Shown here: one piece after another, positions 1 through 9,080 of the stretch
How positions within the stretch are numbered: position 1 is the stretch's first letter
Layout of the letters: every line of letters begins with the position of its first letter
Assembly (NCBI GenBank): GCA_964573295.1
Contig: CAZNJE010000025.1
Span: forward strand, 1 to 61,995
From: an uncultured bacterium
Lineage (GTDB): Bacteria; Eisenbacteria; RBG-16-71-46; CAIMUX01; WJJG01
Length of the DNA stretch: 61,995 bases
Reading direction: 5' to 3'
Made by a program: the position numbers and the translations under genes
The notes under the pieces: generated by a model
The model's database searches: none
What the model was told of the DNA's origin: nothing
What the model saw: the letters and a program-made list of their open reading frames with translations, nothing else

Positions 1-28
1 GCCTGGAGGCCGCCCACCCGCCACGGCA

Positions 29-144
29 CATGCAGGCTGACCAAAGCCGGTGGAATTGAGAAGCCGGCCAGCTTGCCTCGCCGCTCGTGGCCTGCAACTC
101 GTTTCATCCGCTGCGGGTCGCCCGAACGGGCGGTGACGAACTAG
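29..144. repeat. 116-bp dispersed repeat, copy 1 (may extend beyond window start)
   Basis: Colinear with 459-574 (offset 430) with 9 mismatches in 116 nt. Ends in hairpin CGCCC-GAAC-GGGCG, then GAACTAG. Confidence 0.9.
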
Positions 145-238
145 ACAGAAACTCACGGCACAGGCAGGCACTGTGACCCGACCCTAGTTGTCCGTGTTGC
201 AATATTGTATCTTCATTTTTGCCCCGGGGCAAAAAACT

Positions 239-251
239 TAACTTATTGATA
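239..251 (-). promoter_or_regulatory. IHF-like binding site
   Basis: Minus strand TATCAATAAGTTA matches WATCAANNNNTTR, within a local AT-rich patch. Confidence 0.35.
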
Positions 252-276
252 TCGAATGGTTTATAGGACTCAACCT

Positions 277-320
277 TGCCAAGATCGTGCCAAGATCGTG
301 CCAAGATCGTGCCAAGATCG
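277..320. repeat. 11-bp tandem repeat x4 (TGCCAAGATCG)
   Basis: Four perfect copies at 277, 288, 299 and 310. Confidence 0.95.
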
Positions 321-367
321 ACTTCTCCCACGCGTGCTGTCCACGGAAGGAGGAATGCTGACGATCG

Positions 368-447
368 GCCGTGGACGACGGAGCCTGACAGTCGCCGTGG
401 ACGACGGAGCCTGACAGTCGCCCCCGTAGAGAGCGGAGCCTGGAGTC
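368..447. repeat. 26-bp tandem repeat x2 plus a degenerate third copy
   Basis: GCCGTGGACGACGGAGCCTGACAGTC at 368 and 394, degenerate copy at ~423. Confidence 0.9.
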
Positions 448-458
448 CGGCCATGCCG

Positions 459-574
459 CATGCGGGCTGACCGAAGCCGGTGGAAGAGAGAAGCTGGCCC
501 GCTTGCCTCGCCGGTCGTGGCCTGCAACTCGTTTCATCCGCTGCGGGTCGGCCGAACGGGCGGTGAAGAACTAG
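459..574. repeat. 116-bp dispersed repeat, copy 2
   Basis: About 92% identical to 29-144. Confidence 0.9.
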
Positions 575-693
575 GACGATTTACGGAAGGGCGTTAGGTG
601 AAGCCCCGCGGCCAACGAGTGATCTCAGGTGGAGACCGGCCCGGCGACCCGGGGGAGGGGAGCAGGTTCGGACCAATGCGGCGGCTCAGGGGT

Positions 694-1590
694 TCAGGTG
701 GGGATCGGTGCGGTTGCCCGGAATCGCAACTGCGAGATGACGATTCCGACCAACATGAGGGCGCAACCCGCGAGGGCACGGGCGGATAGCATCTCGTGGA
801 GCAGGAGCCAGCCTCCCAAGACGGCGAAGACAGTTTCGAGGGACATGATGATGGCGGCGTGGGAGGGAGCCACATGTTCCTGGGCCACGACCTGAAGGGT
901 GAAAGCCGTGCCAACCGAAAGGAAGCCGCCGTACAGCAACGGCAGGGCTGCCCCCTCGATTCCTCGCCAGGTGATGGATTCGGTCACCAGGGCGGCCGCC
1001 AGGCTCCAGAGGCCGCAGACCAGGAACTGTTGGAATGCCAAACGTAGGGGACCGACGGCTCGAACGTAGTGGTCCACCACCAAGACGTGCACAGCCCAGG
1101 CCACTGCTCCGAGCAGAACCAGTAGATCCCCTTTGGCTATCGTAAGATCCTCCTGCACGCTCAAGAGGTACAAGCCGGCGACTGCCAGCACGGCACCGAT
1201 CCAGTTCGGCAGCCCCGGACGATGACGCCAGAGCAACCCCAGGATAGGAACCATGATGACGTACAGGCCCGTTATGAAGCCCGCCTTGCCTGCGCTCGTG
1301 TATACGATGCCAGTTTGTTGCAGCGAGGCGCCTGCGAAGAGCACTGTACCTGAGATGAAGACGGCGCCCAGCACCCGGCGCCGGGACCACGGCGGATCCG
1401 CACTGCCGGCCGAGAGCCTGCGAATGCGAAGGAAAGGCACCAGGGTGAGAGCCCCCAGGAGGAAGCGAATGCTGTTGAAGGTGAACGGTCCAACATGTGC
1501 CATCCCCGCACGCTGCGCGACGAAGGCGAAACCCCAGATGGCCGAGGTGAGCAGAAGAAGGGCTCGGGCCCACAAGGGGGAATGTGGCAT
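694..1590 (-). CDS. DMT/EamA family transporter
   Basis: 298 aa, ~10 TM segments. IWGFAFVAQR, RFLLGAL, KAGFITGLYV and SLETVFA motifs are typical of the EamA duplication. Confidence 0.92.
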   Translation of the reverse strand: MPHSPLWARALLLLTSAIWGFAFVAQRAGMAHVGPFTFNSIRFLLGALTLVPFLRIRRLSAGSADPPWSRRRVLGAVFISGTVLFAGASLQQTGIVYTSAGKAGFITGLYVIMVPILGLLWRHRPGLPNWIGAVLAVAGLYLLSVQEDLTIAKGDLLVLLGAVAWAVHVLVVDHYVRAVGPLRLAFQQFLVCGLWSLAAALVTESITWRGIEGAALPLLYGGFLSVGTAFTLQVVAQEHVAPSHAAIIMSLETVFAVLGGWLLLHEMLSARALAGCALMLVGIVISQLRFRATAPIPT

Positions 1591-1662
1591 TCGGCCTCCT
1601 GCTGCTTACCGCTGACGAATCCAATCCATCATGATCTGGTGGGCCATCATCCGCCGTCCGCC

Positions 1663-1725
1663 ATCGGCCGGCTCATCATCTTCCGGTCCGTGATCGGCCG
1701 GCTCATCATCTTCCGGTCCGTCATC
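1663..1725. repeat. 30-bp tandem repeat x2
   Basis: ATCGGCCGGCTCATCATCTTCCGGTCCGT at 1663 and 1693. Confidence 0.9.
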
Positions 1726-1731
1726 AGATGA

Positions 1732-2148
1732 TCAGTCGTTCGTGGCTTGGGTCGACTTGCCGCGGCGCAGGTCGGGGCGATTCCAGTGCGGATCGTCGAA
1801 TCGCTGTAGCTCGATCAGATAGCCGCTCGGATCCCGGAAGAAAAAGTGATAGATGCCATACTCCTCGTTGTGTCGCGGAGCATGCTCGCAGGCCACGCCA
1901 GCTTCCCGTAGGCGCTCGTACCAGGCGTCGACCTCTTCGGTGACCAGGGTCAGGATCACGCCGCCCGGTGCGACCGCGTCGGCGCGGCCGCAGAAGCCTA
2001 GGTAGCCGTGTTCGGCCGTGCGATAGATGCGGCAACCACCCTGATCCAGGACGAGAGGCAGCCCGAGGGCATCTTCATAGAAACGCGACGTCTCTTTCAG
2101 ATCGGATGTGTAGCAGAAGGTAATCATGGCATCCGCCATGTCCATCAT
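1732..2148 (-). CDS. VOC/glyoxalase family protein
   Basis: TSRFYEDALGL...YHFFFRDPSGYLIEL. Start moved to ATG 2148 behind a GGAGG RBS; the upstream extension in the ORF track is tandem repeat. Confidence 0.88.
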   Translation of the reverse strand: MMDMADAMITFCYTSDLKETSRFYEDALGLPLVLDQGGCRIYRTAEHGYLGFCGRADAVAPGGVILTLVTEEVDAWYERLREAGVACEHAPRHNEEYGIYHFFFRDPSGYLIELQRFDDPHWNRPDLRRGKSTQATND

Positions 2149-2201
2149 GGTCGTCCCTCCCAGGGTGAGAGTCTTCATTTCCAAGGCAATCATGCCTCGA
2201 T

Positions 2202-2377
2202 GTGCCCGCAAGGCCCAGCGCCGACGGGTTGCACGCGGTCCAGTCGCGCCCGCAAGGTCCAGCGCCGACGGGTTGCACGCGGTCCAGTCGTGCCCGCAAG
2301 GTCCAGCGCCGACGGGTTGCACGCGGTCCAGTCGTGCCCGCAAGGTCCAGCGCCGACGAGTTGTACGTGGTCGGATC
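2202..2377. repeat. 44-bp tandem repeat x4
   Basis: GTGCCCGCAAGGTCCAGCGCCGACGGGTTGCACGCGGTCCAGTC at 2202, 2246, 2290 and 2334 (last copy degenerate). No spacers. Confidence 0.95.
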
Positions 2378-2490
2378 GTTCTCACGCGGGATGAAGTGGG
2401 CGTCTTGTACGCCAGCCAGTCGTGTCCGCGTGACATGTGACAGGACAAGTTGTGTTCGTACCAACAACGGTATCCGCAGAAGAGGTGTCC

Positions 2491-3474
2491 TCATGGACGG
2501 AGAACGAGTGCCCCGCGAACGTCCCCGGCCCGCAGGCGCTCGAGTCCCCGCCCGGCATCCTCGAGAGCCAACGTATCGGTCGAGGTTCGGATCGGAATCC
2601 GAGGCGCCAGCGTCAAGAACTCCTCGCCATCGCGGCGGGTGAGATTGGCGACCGAGATGATCTGGCGTTCTTCCCACAGGATCCGGTACGGCAATGCCGG
2701 AATCTCGCTCATGTGAATACCCGCGCAGACCACCCGTCCTCCCTTGCGCACCGCCTGCAGTGCGAGGGGGACCAGCCTCCCAGCGGGCGCAAAGATGACC
2801 GCAGCGTCTAGTAGTTCCGGTGGCGAGTCCTCTGAGCCACCCGCCCAGACCGCCCCAAGTGTCCTGGCGAATACCTGCTTCCGGTCGTCCCCCGGCCGGG
2901 TGAAGGCGAATACCTCGGCCCCCTGATACCGGGCGACCTGCAACAGGATGTGCGCGGCCGCACCAAAGCCGTATAGACCGAGACGCCGCACACGTCCCGC
3001 CAGTCGATAGGCCCGATACCCGATCAGTCCAGCGCATAGCAATGGGGCCGCCTGCTCGTCCGTCATTGGCCCGGGAATGGGAAAGCAGTAGCGCGCGTCG
3101 GCGACCGCATACTCGGCGTAGCCGCCATGGCGCTGATACCCGGTGAAGACGGCGTGGTCACAAAGATTCTCCTGGCCGTCGCGGCAGTACCGGCAACGGC
3201 CGCACGTGTGTCCGAGCCAGGGGATCCCGACCCGTTGACCTGCCTCGAGACCGAGCACGCCCCTGCCTAGGCGTGTGACTTCCCCGACGATCTCGTGCCC
3301 CATGATGAGGGGCAATACCGGCCGTGGCAGTTCACCATCGAAGATATGGAGATCCGTCCGGCAGATACCGCAGGCGCCCACCTTGAGCAAGACCTCTCCC
3401 GGGCCCGGCCTGGGCACCGGAATGTCCTGGAGTTGCAGGGGACGGCCGACGTTTTCGAGCACCATGGCGCGCAT
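2491..3474 (-). CDS. zinc-dependent alcohol dehydrogenase family protein
   Basis: CGICRTDLH, GHEIVG, CGRCRYCRDGQENLC structural Zn site, LLCAG, GFGAAAH. Start MRAMVL at 3474 (3537 possible). Confidence 0.93.
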   Translation of the reverse strand: MRAMVLENVGRPLQLQDIPVPRPGPGEVLLKVGACGICRTDLHIFDGELPRPVLPLIMGHEIVGEVTRLGRGVLGLEAGQRVGIPWLGHTCGRCRYCRDGQENLCDHAVFTGYQRHGGYAEYAVADARYCFPIPGPMTDEQAAPLLCAGLIGYRAYRLAGRVRRLGLYGFGAAAHILLQVARYQGAEVFAFTRPGDDRKQVFARTLGAVWAGGSEDSPPELLDAAVIFAPAGRLVPLALQAVRKGGRVVCAGIHMSEIPALPYRILWEERQIISVANLTRRDGEEFLTLAPRIPIRTSTDTLALEDAGRGLERLRAGDVRGALVLRP

Positions 3475-3600
3475 GGCGCGATCTTCCCGCATCCGGCTGC
3501 CTGGATCAAGCGAGAGCGACCGGCTCGTATCATCCATAGGTTGCGTGTGGGCGACGAGCGCCGCAGAATGTGCGCAGTCGAAAACCACGATCATCTTTGG

Positions 3601-3665
3601 GGCAGCCTGGAGGCAGCCTGGAGGCAGCCTGGAGGCTGTCTGGAGACAGTCTGGAGGCAGTCGGA
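3601..3665. repeat. 11-bp tandem repeat x6 (GGCAGCCTGGA)
   Basis: Decaying copies from 3601. The last junction supplies the GGAGG RBS of the kinase gene. Confidence 0.9.
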
Positions 3666-5983
3666 TGGAGGCCAACCGAAAACGGCCGCAGGCCTCGGCG
3701 CTCTTTCGCTGGAACCGGCAGAGTCGTCTCGTATTCGACACGGTCAATGCGCTCATCATCGTCCTCGATGAGAAGGGCCACCCCGTGTCGATGAACCGTG
3801 TCTGCGAAGAAACCACCGGATACCGTCTCGAAGACATTCAAGACCGACCCATCTGGGACACGCTCATCCCCCCCGCTGAAGCCGGAGATGTGCGTACTGT
3901 TTTCGCGAAGCTCCGGGATGAAGGCCTGCCCTGCGAGCATACCAATCACTGGATCATCAAGAATGGCGAGCGGCGGTTGATCGAGTGGTCGAACTGTGTC
4001 CTGACCGATCCCGAAACCGGACGGGTCCACGTCGTCGGGACCGGCATCGACATCACGGTTCAGCAGGAAACCGAGGAGGCGCTGATCCACAGCGAGGCCT
4101 GGTTGCGCGGCATCTTCCGGTCGGCACCTACCGGAGTTGGCGTCGCGCGCAACCGGATCCTGATCCAGGTCAACGATCGGATCTGTGAGATGACCGGTTA
4201 CACGAGCGGGGAGCTGGTGGGACGCAGTGTCCGCATTCTGTATCCCACGGATGAGGACTTCGAGTACGTGGGTGCAGAGAAGTACCGCCAGATTCGGGAC
4301 TATGGCACGGGGACGGTTGAAACGCAGTGGCGGAGGAAGACCGGCGAGGTGATCAATGTCTTGCTCAGTTCCACACCGCTTGACCCCACCGATCACGATG
4401 TAGGTATATCCTTCACCGCGCTGGATATCACCGATCGTACGCGGGCCGCTCGGGCGTTGCGGGAGAGTGAAGAGAAGTACCGTAACGTCGTGGAGCGAGC
4501 GTATGATGGCATTCTGATCATCCAGGACTTCCTGATCAAGTATGTCAATCCCCGCGGTGCGCAGATCCTGGGATTCGATGTCGAGAATATGATCAACACG
4601 AACATGAGAGAGTACATCAGTGACCGGTATCATGATCTTATCGTCGACCGTTATACAAGACGTCTGAAGGGAGAGAATGTACCCACCGCCTATGAGGCCG
4701 CTTTGCGTCATAAGAACGGTCATGACTTGGAGGTGGAAATCAGTGGTGGGATCGTGACATTCGAGGACCAGCCGGCGGATTTGGTGTTCATTCGCGACAT
4801 CACCGAGCGCAAACAGGCGCAGCAAGCGATGCTTCAGTTGCGCCGATTGCTGCAGAGCATGATCGACTCGATGCCGTCGGCGATGATCGGAGTGGACACC
4901 CAAGTCTGCGTAACCCAATGGAACAGTGCCGCCAGGCGGCTGACCGGTCGCAGCGCCGATGAGTCTCTGGGACGGCCGCTTACCGAGGTGTTTCCCTATC
5001 TTCGCGATCAGCTGGGGGCCGTAGAAGAGGCCATCCGACGCCAGGAAGTACGCCAGATGCCCAAGATCGTTTGGGAAACCCGAGGGACTGCGCGAACCTA
5101 TGAAGTGACGATCTATCCTCTCACCGAGGGCGATGTGGAAGGTGCGGTGCTGCGGGTCGATGACATCACGGAGAGGGATCATCTCGAGCAAATGATGATC
5201 CAGTCCGAGAAGATGCTCTCGGTCGGAGGGTTGGCCGCCGGCATGGCGCACGAGATCAACAATCCGCTGGGAGGGATGGTGCAGAATGCGCATGTTGTGC
5301 TCAACCGGCTGCGGCCGGGCTATGCTATCAACGATCAGGTCGCCCGGGATTGCCGAACCGACATGACGTCGATTGCCGGGTATGTGGAAGCCCGCGGTAT
5401 TCTGCCGTTGCTCGAGTCGATGCGGTCGTCAGGTCACAAGGCGGCACGCATCATCCAGAACATGCTGACCTTCAGCCGAAAGGCCAGCACAGTAGCCCAG
5501 CCGCACGACATCGTGGAGATCCTTGACCGGTCACTTGAGCTGGCCGCACAGGACTTCGATCTGAAGAAGGTCTACTCGTTCCGCGACCTGGAAGTCATCC
5601 GTGAGTTCGAGGAGGGGATGCCGCCGGTTGAGTGTCAGGAGATTGAGATCGAGCAGGTCCTGCTGAATATCCTGCGCAACGCGGCCCAGGCGCTGCATGA
5701 GACCTTCCCCGACGGTGGTGGGGCCCGGCTTGCGATTCGTGCCCGGCGTGAGGATGCGCATGTGCGGATTGAGATCGAAGACAACGGACCCGGCATGACG
5801 GAAGGAGTCCGCAAGCGCGTCTTCGAGCCATTCTTTACCACCAAACCACCCGGGGTTGGCACCGGGCTGGGACTCTCGGTATCGTACTTCATCGTCGTCG
5901 AGCACCATCAGGGTTCGCTCACGGTTGAATCCGAGCCTGGCGCCGGGACATGCTTCGTCGTACGATTACCGTTCACTCAGTAG
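3665..5983 (+). CDS. cytoplasmic multi-PAS (4x) sensor histidine kinase
   Basis: PAS/PAC repeats ending DIT, H-box AHEINNPL, N-box QVLLNILRNA, DNGPGM, FEPFFTTK, GTGLGL. No TM. ATG 3665 with RBS. Confidence 0.93.
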   Translation: MEANRKRPQASALFRWNRQSRLVFDTVNALIIVLDEKGHPVSMNRVCEETTGYRLEDIQDRPIWDTLIPPAEAGDVRTVFAKLRDEGLPCEHTNHWIIKNGERRLIEWSNCVLTDPETGRVHVVGTGIDITVQQETEEALIHSEAWLRGIFRSAPTGVGVARNRILIQVNDRICEMTGYTSGELVGRSVRILYPTDEDFEYVGAEKYRQIRDYGTGTVETQWRRKTGEVINVLLSSTPLDPTDHDVGISFTALDITDRTRAARALRESEEKYRNVVERAYDGILIIQDFLIKYVNPRGAQILGFDVENMINTNMREYISDRYHDLIVDRYTRRLKGENVPTAYEAALRHKNGHDLEVEISGGIVTFEDQPADLVFIRDITERKQAQQAMLQLRRLLQSMIDSMPSAMIGVDTQVCVTQWNSAARRLTGRSADESLGRPLTEVFPYLRDQLGAVEEAIRRQEVRQMPKIVWETRGTARTYEVTIYPLTEGDVEGAVLRVDDITERDHLEQMMIQSEKMLSVGGLAAGMAHEINNPLGGMVQNAHVVLNRLRPGYAINDQVARDCRTDMTSIAGYVEARGILPLLESMRSSGHKAARIIQNMLTFSRKASTVAQPHDIVEILDRSLELAAQDFDLKKVYSFRDLEVIREFEEGMPPVECQEIEIEQVLLNILRNAAQALHETFPDGGGARLAIRARREDAHVRIEIEDNGPGMTEGVRKRVFEPFFTTKPPGVGTGLGLSVSYFIVVEHHQGSLTVESEPGAGTCFVVRLPFTQ

Positions 5984-5993
5984 AGGAGGCTTC

Positions 5994-7001
5994 ATGAATC
6001 GCAAGTCTACGGGGCCGCCGACGGATATGCCCATGGTCCCCGACCACCATCGCAACGTCACCTCGTGGCAGTCCTTCTCGACCAGTCGTGCCAAGACCGA
6101 TTCCTCGTTCTGGATGCAGAAGATGATCCTGGTCGTCGATGACGACGAAGCCATCCGTCAGAGCATGGCTAGCCATCTGGAAGATCTTGGCTTTGAAGCG
6201 GTGGAGGCAGAGGATGGGCAGACCGCGCTCGAGATTTTCGAGGAATCCCAGCCTGATCTGATCCTCCTGGACCTGCGCATGCCCCGTGTGGATGGACTCG
6301 AGGTGCTGGCGACCCTGGGCACACGCAGTCCCGAGACGCCCGTGATCGTGGTCTCGGGAATGGGTGTCATGGAAGATGCGGTCCAGGCGTTGCGTTTGGG
6401 TGCCTGGGACTATCTAATCAAGCCGATCCAGGATATGACCGTGCTGGAAGTCTCGGTCTGCCGGGCGCTCGAGCGTGCGCAACTCATCAAGGAGAACCGG
6501 GACTACCGCCGCCAACTCGAGACCCAGATCGCCCGCCGCACTGCCGAGCTCGAGTCGGCCCGTCAGGCCCTCGAGGAGAAGAATCTGGCTCTGAGAGAAA
6601 TTCTGGCCAACATCCAGACCGATCGCCGCCGGGTCGAGGAGAGCGTCATCAGCAGTGTGAATAAGGTCATCCTTCCGATGTTGCAGTCGCTGCGCCGAGG
6701 GCTGGCGGGCAGCGATGCGAAGGTGGTCGATCAGATCGAGCAGAGCCTCACCGAGATCACATCTCCGTTCGTCGACAAACTGTCGAAGGACCTGGCGAGC
6801 CTGACCCCGACCGAGATCCGCATCTGCAACCTCATTCGCCGGGGATTGACGGTCAAGGAGATTGCCAACCTGGAGAATCTGGCGCCTGACACGGTGAGTA
6901 CGCACCGCCGCAACATCCGCCGCAAGCTGGGGGTGGTGAACAAGAAGGTCAATTTGGCGAGCTATCTCGAGACGGCCTTCAACATGGATCGGCGAGATTG
7001 A
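5994..7001 (+). CDS. response regulator (REC + coiled coil + LuxR HTH)
   Basis: ILVVDDD, LLDLRMP, YLIKP, and C-terminal LTPTEIRIC..KEIA..TVSTHRRNIRRKLG. RBS GAGGAGG before ATG 5994. Confidence 0.92.
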   Translation: MNRKSTGPPTDMPMVPDHHRNVTSWQSFSTSRAKTDSSFWMQKMILVVDDDEAIRQSMASHLEDLGFEAVEAEDGQTALEIFEESQPDLILLDLRMPRVDGLEVLATLGTRSPETPVIVVSGMGVMEDAVQALRLGAWDYLIKPIQDMTVLEVSVCRALERAQLIKENRDYRRQLETQIARRTAELESARQALEEKNLALREILANIQTDRRRVEESVISSVNKVILPMLQSLRRGLAGSDAKVVDQIEQSLTEITSPFVDKLSKDLASLTPTEIRICNLIRRGLTVKEIANLENLAPDTVSTHRRNIRRKLGVVNKKVNLASYLETAFNMDRRD

Positions 7002-7394
7002 GTGTCAGTGCCTGTCTAAGATCCATTGAATAGAGTGGTTGGGGAGATCGTCCTGGAGCGGATTCGATACGGCGTTATGTTTACGATCGCTACCGCCTTG
7101 CCAGTGAATCGCTTGCGCCTCCAGTGAGTAGGATCCCTACCCGAACCTTTCCCTACTTACCCCTGTCTGAACGGGTCGCAATACACCCCGGTGCCCGCGC
7201 TATAATAGGGACAGGAATGAAGCAAGCCTCCTTCAGAATCAAATAGCTATTTTCTTCCGATGGAGCCCCCGGCGAATCGTAGGCCGGTCACCTTGGCAGA
7301 AAAGCTCTGGGAAGCGCGGGGCGGTCCGCTTGCGGGAAGCCACGCAGATCGACGAAAGAAGATCATACGTTGCCGTGGATCGTCCGCGCATCCC

Positions 7395-8447
7395 TTAGCT
7401 CCACGTAAACACTTTCGCTGGAATACGTTCCGGTCCTCGGCCGTCCCCCACCCAGTACCAGGCATCGGTGTCGGACGGGATGGCGACATTGCTCATCACG
7501 CATACCCGCCCGTCCCGGTCCATGGCATGGATCGCTACTGGACCCAGGAGTCCTTCCCTCAACTGGTGCAGATCCCTGATCCCGTCTCGGCAGGCTTCTT
7601 CGACGCTGGCCTCCGCCTCCATGCGATGCACCACACGGGATGCCGTCTGACAGCGAATGGTCATCTCGCCGGTGTGCGTGCAGGCGCACGCTCCGTAACG
7701 GTCGTCCACGTAAAGACCTGCACCGATGACAGCACTGTCACCCACCCGGCCCGGATACTTGAGCGGCCAACCAGAGGAGCTCGTGCCCCCAGCCAGATGG
7801 CCGTGCCGGTCCCGAACCAGGAAGATGGTCGTCCCTTTCGAGGCCGTGTGACGTGCGCAACGCCACGCGGCATCGATCCAGCGACCGGATCCACAGGGAT
7901 CGTTGTCCTGATCGAGTGTTCGACGTCGAGTGGGGTCGGGCGCGGTACGGTGCGCCGTGCGCGCCGGCTGCGCGGGATCTGGCGGTTCGTGGCCGGGAGC
8001 GAAGGTGGGAGACAGCGCTCGATGGAGCGCCTTCTCGTACGTAACGCGGGCTTCGGGGGTGAGCATCTCGGCCATCTCGGCACCGATCTCCCGCGCGAAC
8101 TGAAGGGCGCCCGTACCGGCCAGAAAGGCGTGGGGAAGCATCTCCATCACCGCTCTCGCCACCGTGATTGCGTGACGAGCCTGTTGCAGGCCGGCAACCG
8201 AGCCGCTTTGGCGCCCGTGCCCCTCCATGATCGAAGCATCGCACTCGACTTCGCCCGCCAGGTTGGGTATGCCGCCACGCCCCACTGAGCGTACCTGTGG
8301 GTCATCCTCCACCGGGCGAATGCCCTTCTCCACCGCATCGATGGCGCTACAGCCTGACCGCAACGCCTCGATCGCGGCGGTCACGCCGGCCGCGCCCTCT
8401 CCGTTGACCAATAGCCGTAACGATTCCGCCAAGGCACCTCCCAGCAT
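7395..8447 (-). CDS. Ntn-hydrolase, isoaspartyl peptidase/asparaginase-2 family
   Basis: SVGRGG, ECDASIM, G-T nucleophile (KGTTI), TSSSG, KYPGRVGDS. A TTG start at 8432 is also plausible. Confidence 0.9.
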   Translation of the reverse strand: MLGGALAESLRLLVNGEGAAGVTAAIEALRSGCSAIDAVEKGIRPVEDDPQVRSVGRGGIPNLAGEVECDASIMEGHGRQSGSVAGLQQARHAITVARAVMEMLPHAFLAGTGALQFAREIGAEMAEMLTPEARVTYEKALHRALSPTFAPGHEPPDPAQPARTAHRTAPDPTRRRTLDQDNDPCGSGRWIDAAWRCARHTASKGTTIFLVRDRHGHLAGGTSSSGWPLKYPGRVGDSAVIGAGLYVDDRYGACACTHTGEMTIRCQTASRVVHRMEAEASVEEACRDGIRDLHQLREGLLGPVAIHAMDRDGRVCVMSNVAIPSDTDAWYWVGDGRGPERIPAKVFTWS

Positions 8448-8454
8448 TCATGGT

Positions 8455-8548
8455 CTTCGATGAAGCGCCTTCGATGAAGGGAGTTCAATGAAAGGAGTTC
8501 AATGAAAGAACTTCGATGAAAGAACTTCAATGAAAGGACTTCGATGAC
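8455..8548. repeat. 14-bp tandem repeat x7 with TTC-N3-GAA core
   Basis: CTTCGATGAAGCGC, CTTCGATGAAGGGA, GTTCAATGAAAGGA and further variants, in 14-bp register. Confidence 0.93.
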
Positions 8549-8566
8549 CGGTACGCCTTTGTCGAG

Positions 8567-8819
8567 TCAGTCCTTCTCCTCGAGCCAAGGCTTGGCTTCG
8601 TCTACGTTATGGAACATCCGAGTCAACTCCTGGACCCGGGACGATAGAGATTGAAACATGCGGGCGAGGCCGTAGGTCTCATCGCTCGAGACGACGATCG
8701 CACGCTTGATCGTGGGCCAGCTTGTCAAGGTGGACTCGAATGTCATCGTCACTGATGGATCCCTGGTAAGCCGAGTGCATGATCCTGGAAGTCTTATCGA
8801 GCTTGTACGCAATCGGCAT
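8567..8819 (-). pseudogene. SpoIIAA/STAS-SEC14-like small protein gene with internal deletion and frameshift
   Basis: The N-part MPIAYKLDK..GSISDDDIRVHLDKLAHD (RBS GGAG) and the C-part KRAIVVSSDETYGLARMFQ..FHNVDEAKPWL lie in different frames, joined at GATC ~8708-8711. Confidence 0.65.
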
Positions 8820-8921
8820 GTGAGGCTCCGCTATCCGCGGTGTCCGAACGCTCTGGCTCCGGCAGGATAGTGGCAGTCCTACGGAAAGGTTGGCAAGTCC
8901 CATTCTCTCAGGCGGATCCGG

Positions 8922-8970
8922 TTCTCTGTACTTCCCATTCTCTGTACTTCCCATTCTCTGTGCTTCCCAT
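8922..8970. repeat. 16-bp tandem repeat x3 (TTCTCTGTACTTCCCA)
   Basis: Copies at 8922, 8938 and 8954. Confidence 0.9.
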
Positions 8971-9066
8971 GGAGCTGTTCGCATTGAGCGCTTCACAATC
9001 GTTGGCTCAGGTAGAGATGCGCTCGTCGCGCGACCACCCCGGCGTGGTCTGCAGCGCGCCGATCGC

Positions 9067-9080
9067 GGGGGGGGGGGGGG
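9067..9080. repeat. G14 homopolymer
   Basis: Fourteen consecutive G in an apparently non-coding region. Confidence 0.9.

Noticed and set aside
590-615. M-box (ykoK) riboswitch start CGTTAGGTGA
   Set aside because: Only ~10 nt match, the rest of the consensus is absent, and the next gene is convergent.
2202-2377. CRISPR array (also considered for 368-447, 16599-16720 and 29816-29920)
   Set aside because: Units are contiguous with no unique spacers, and there are no cas genes.
3275-3664. N-terminal extensions of the kinase and ADH ORFs in the ORF track
   Set aside because: They overlap the opposite gene and a tandem repeat. Downstream starts have RBSs and domain boundaries.
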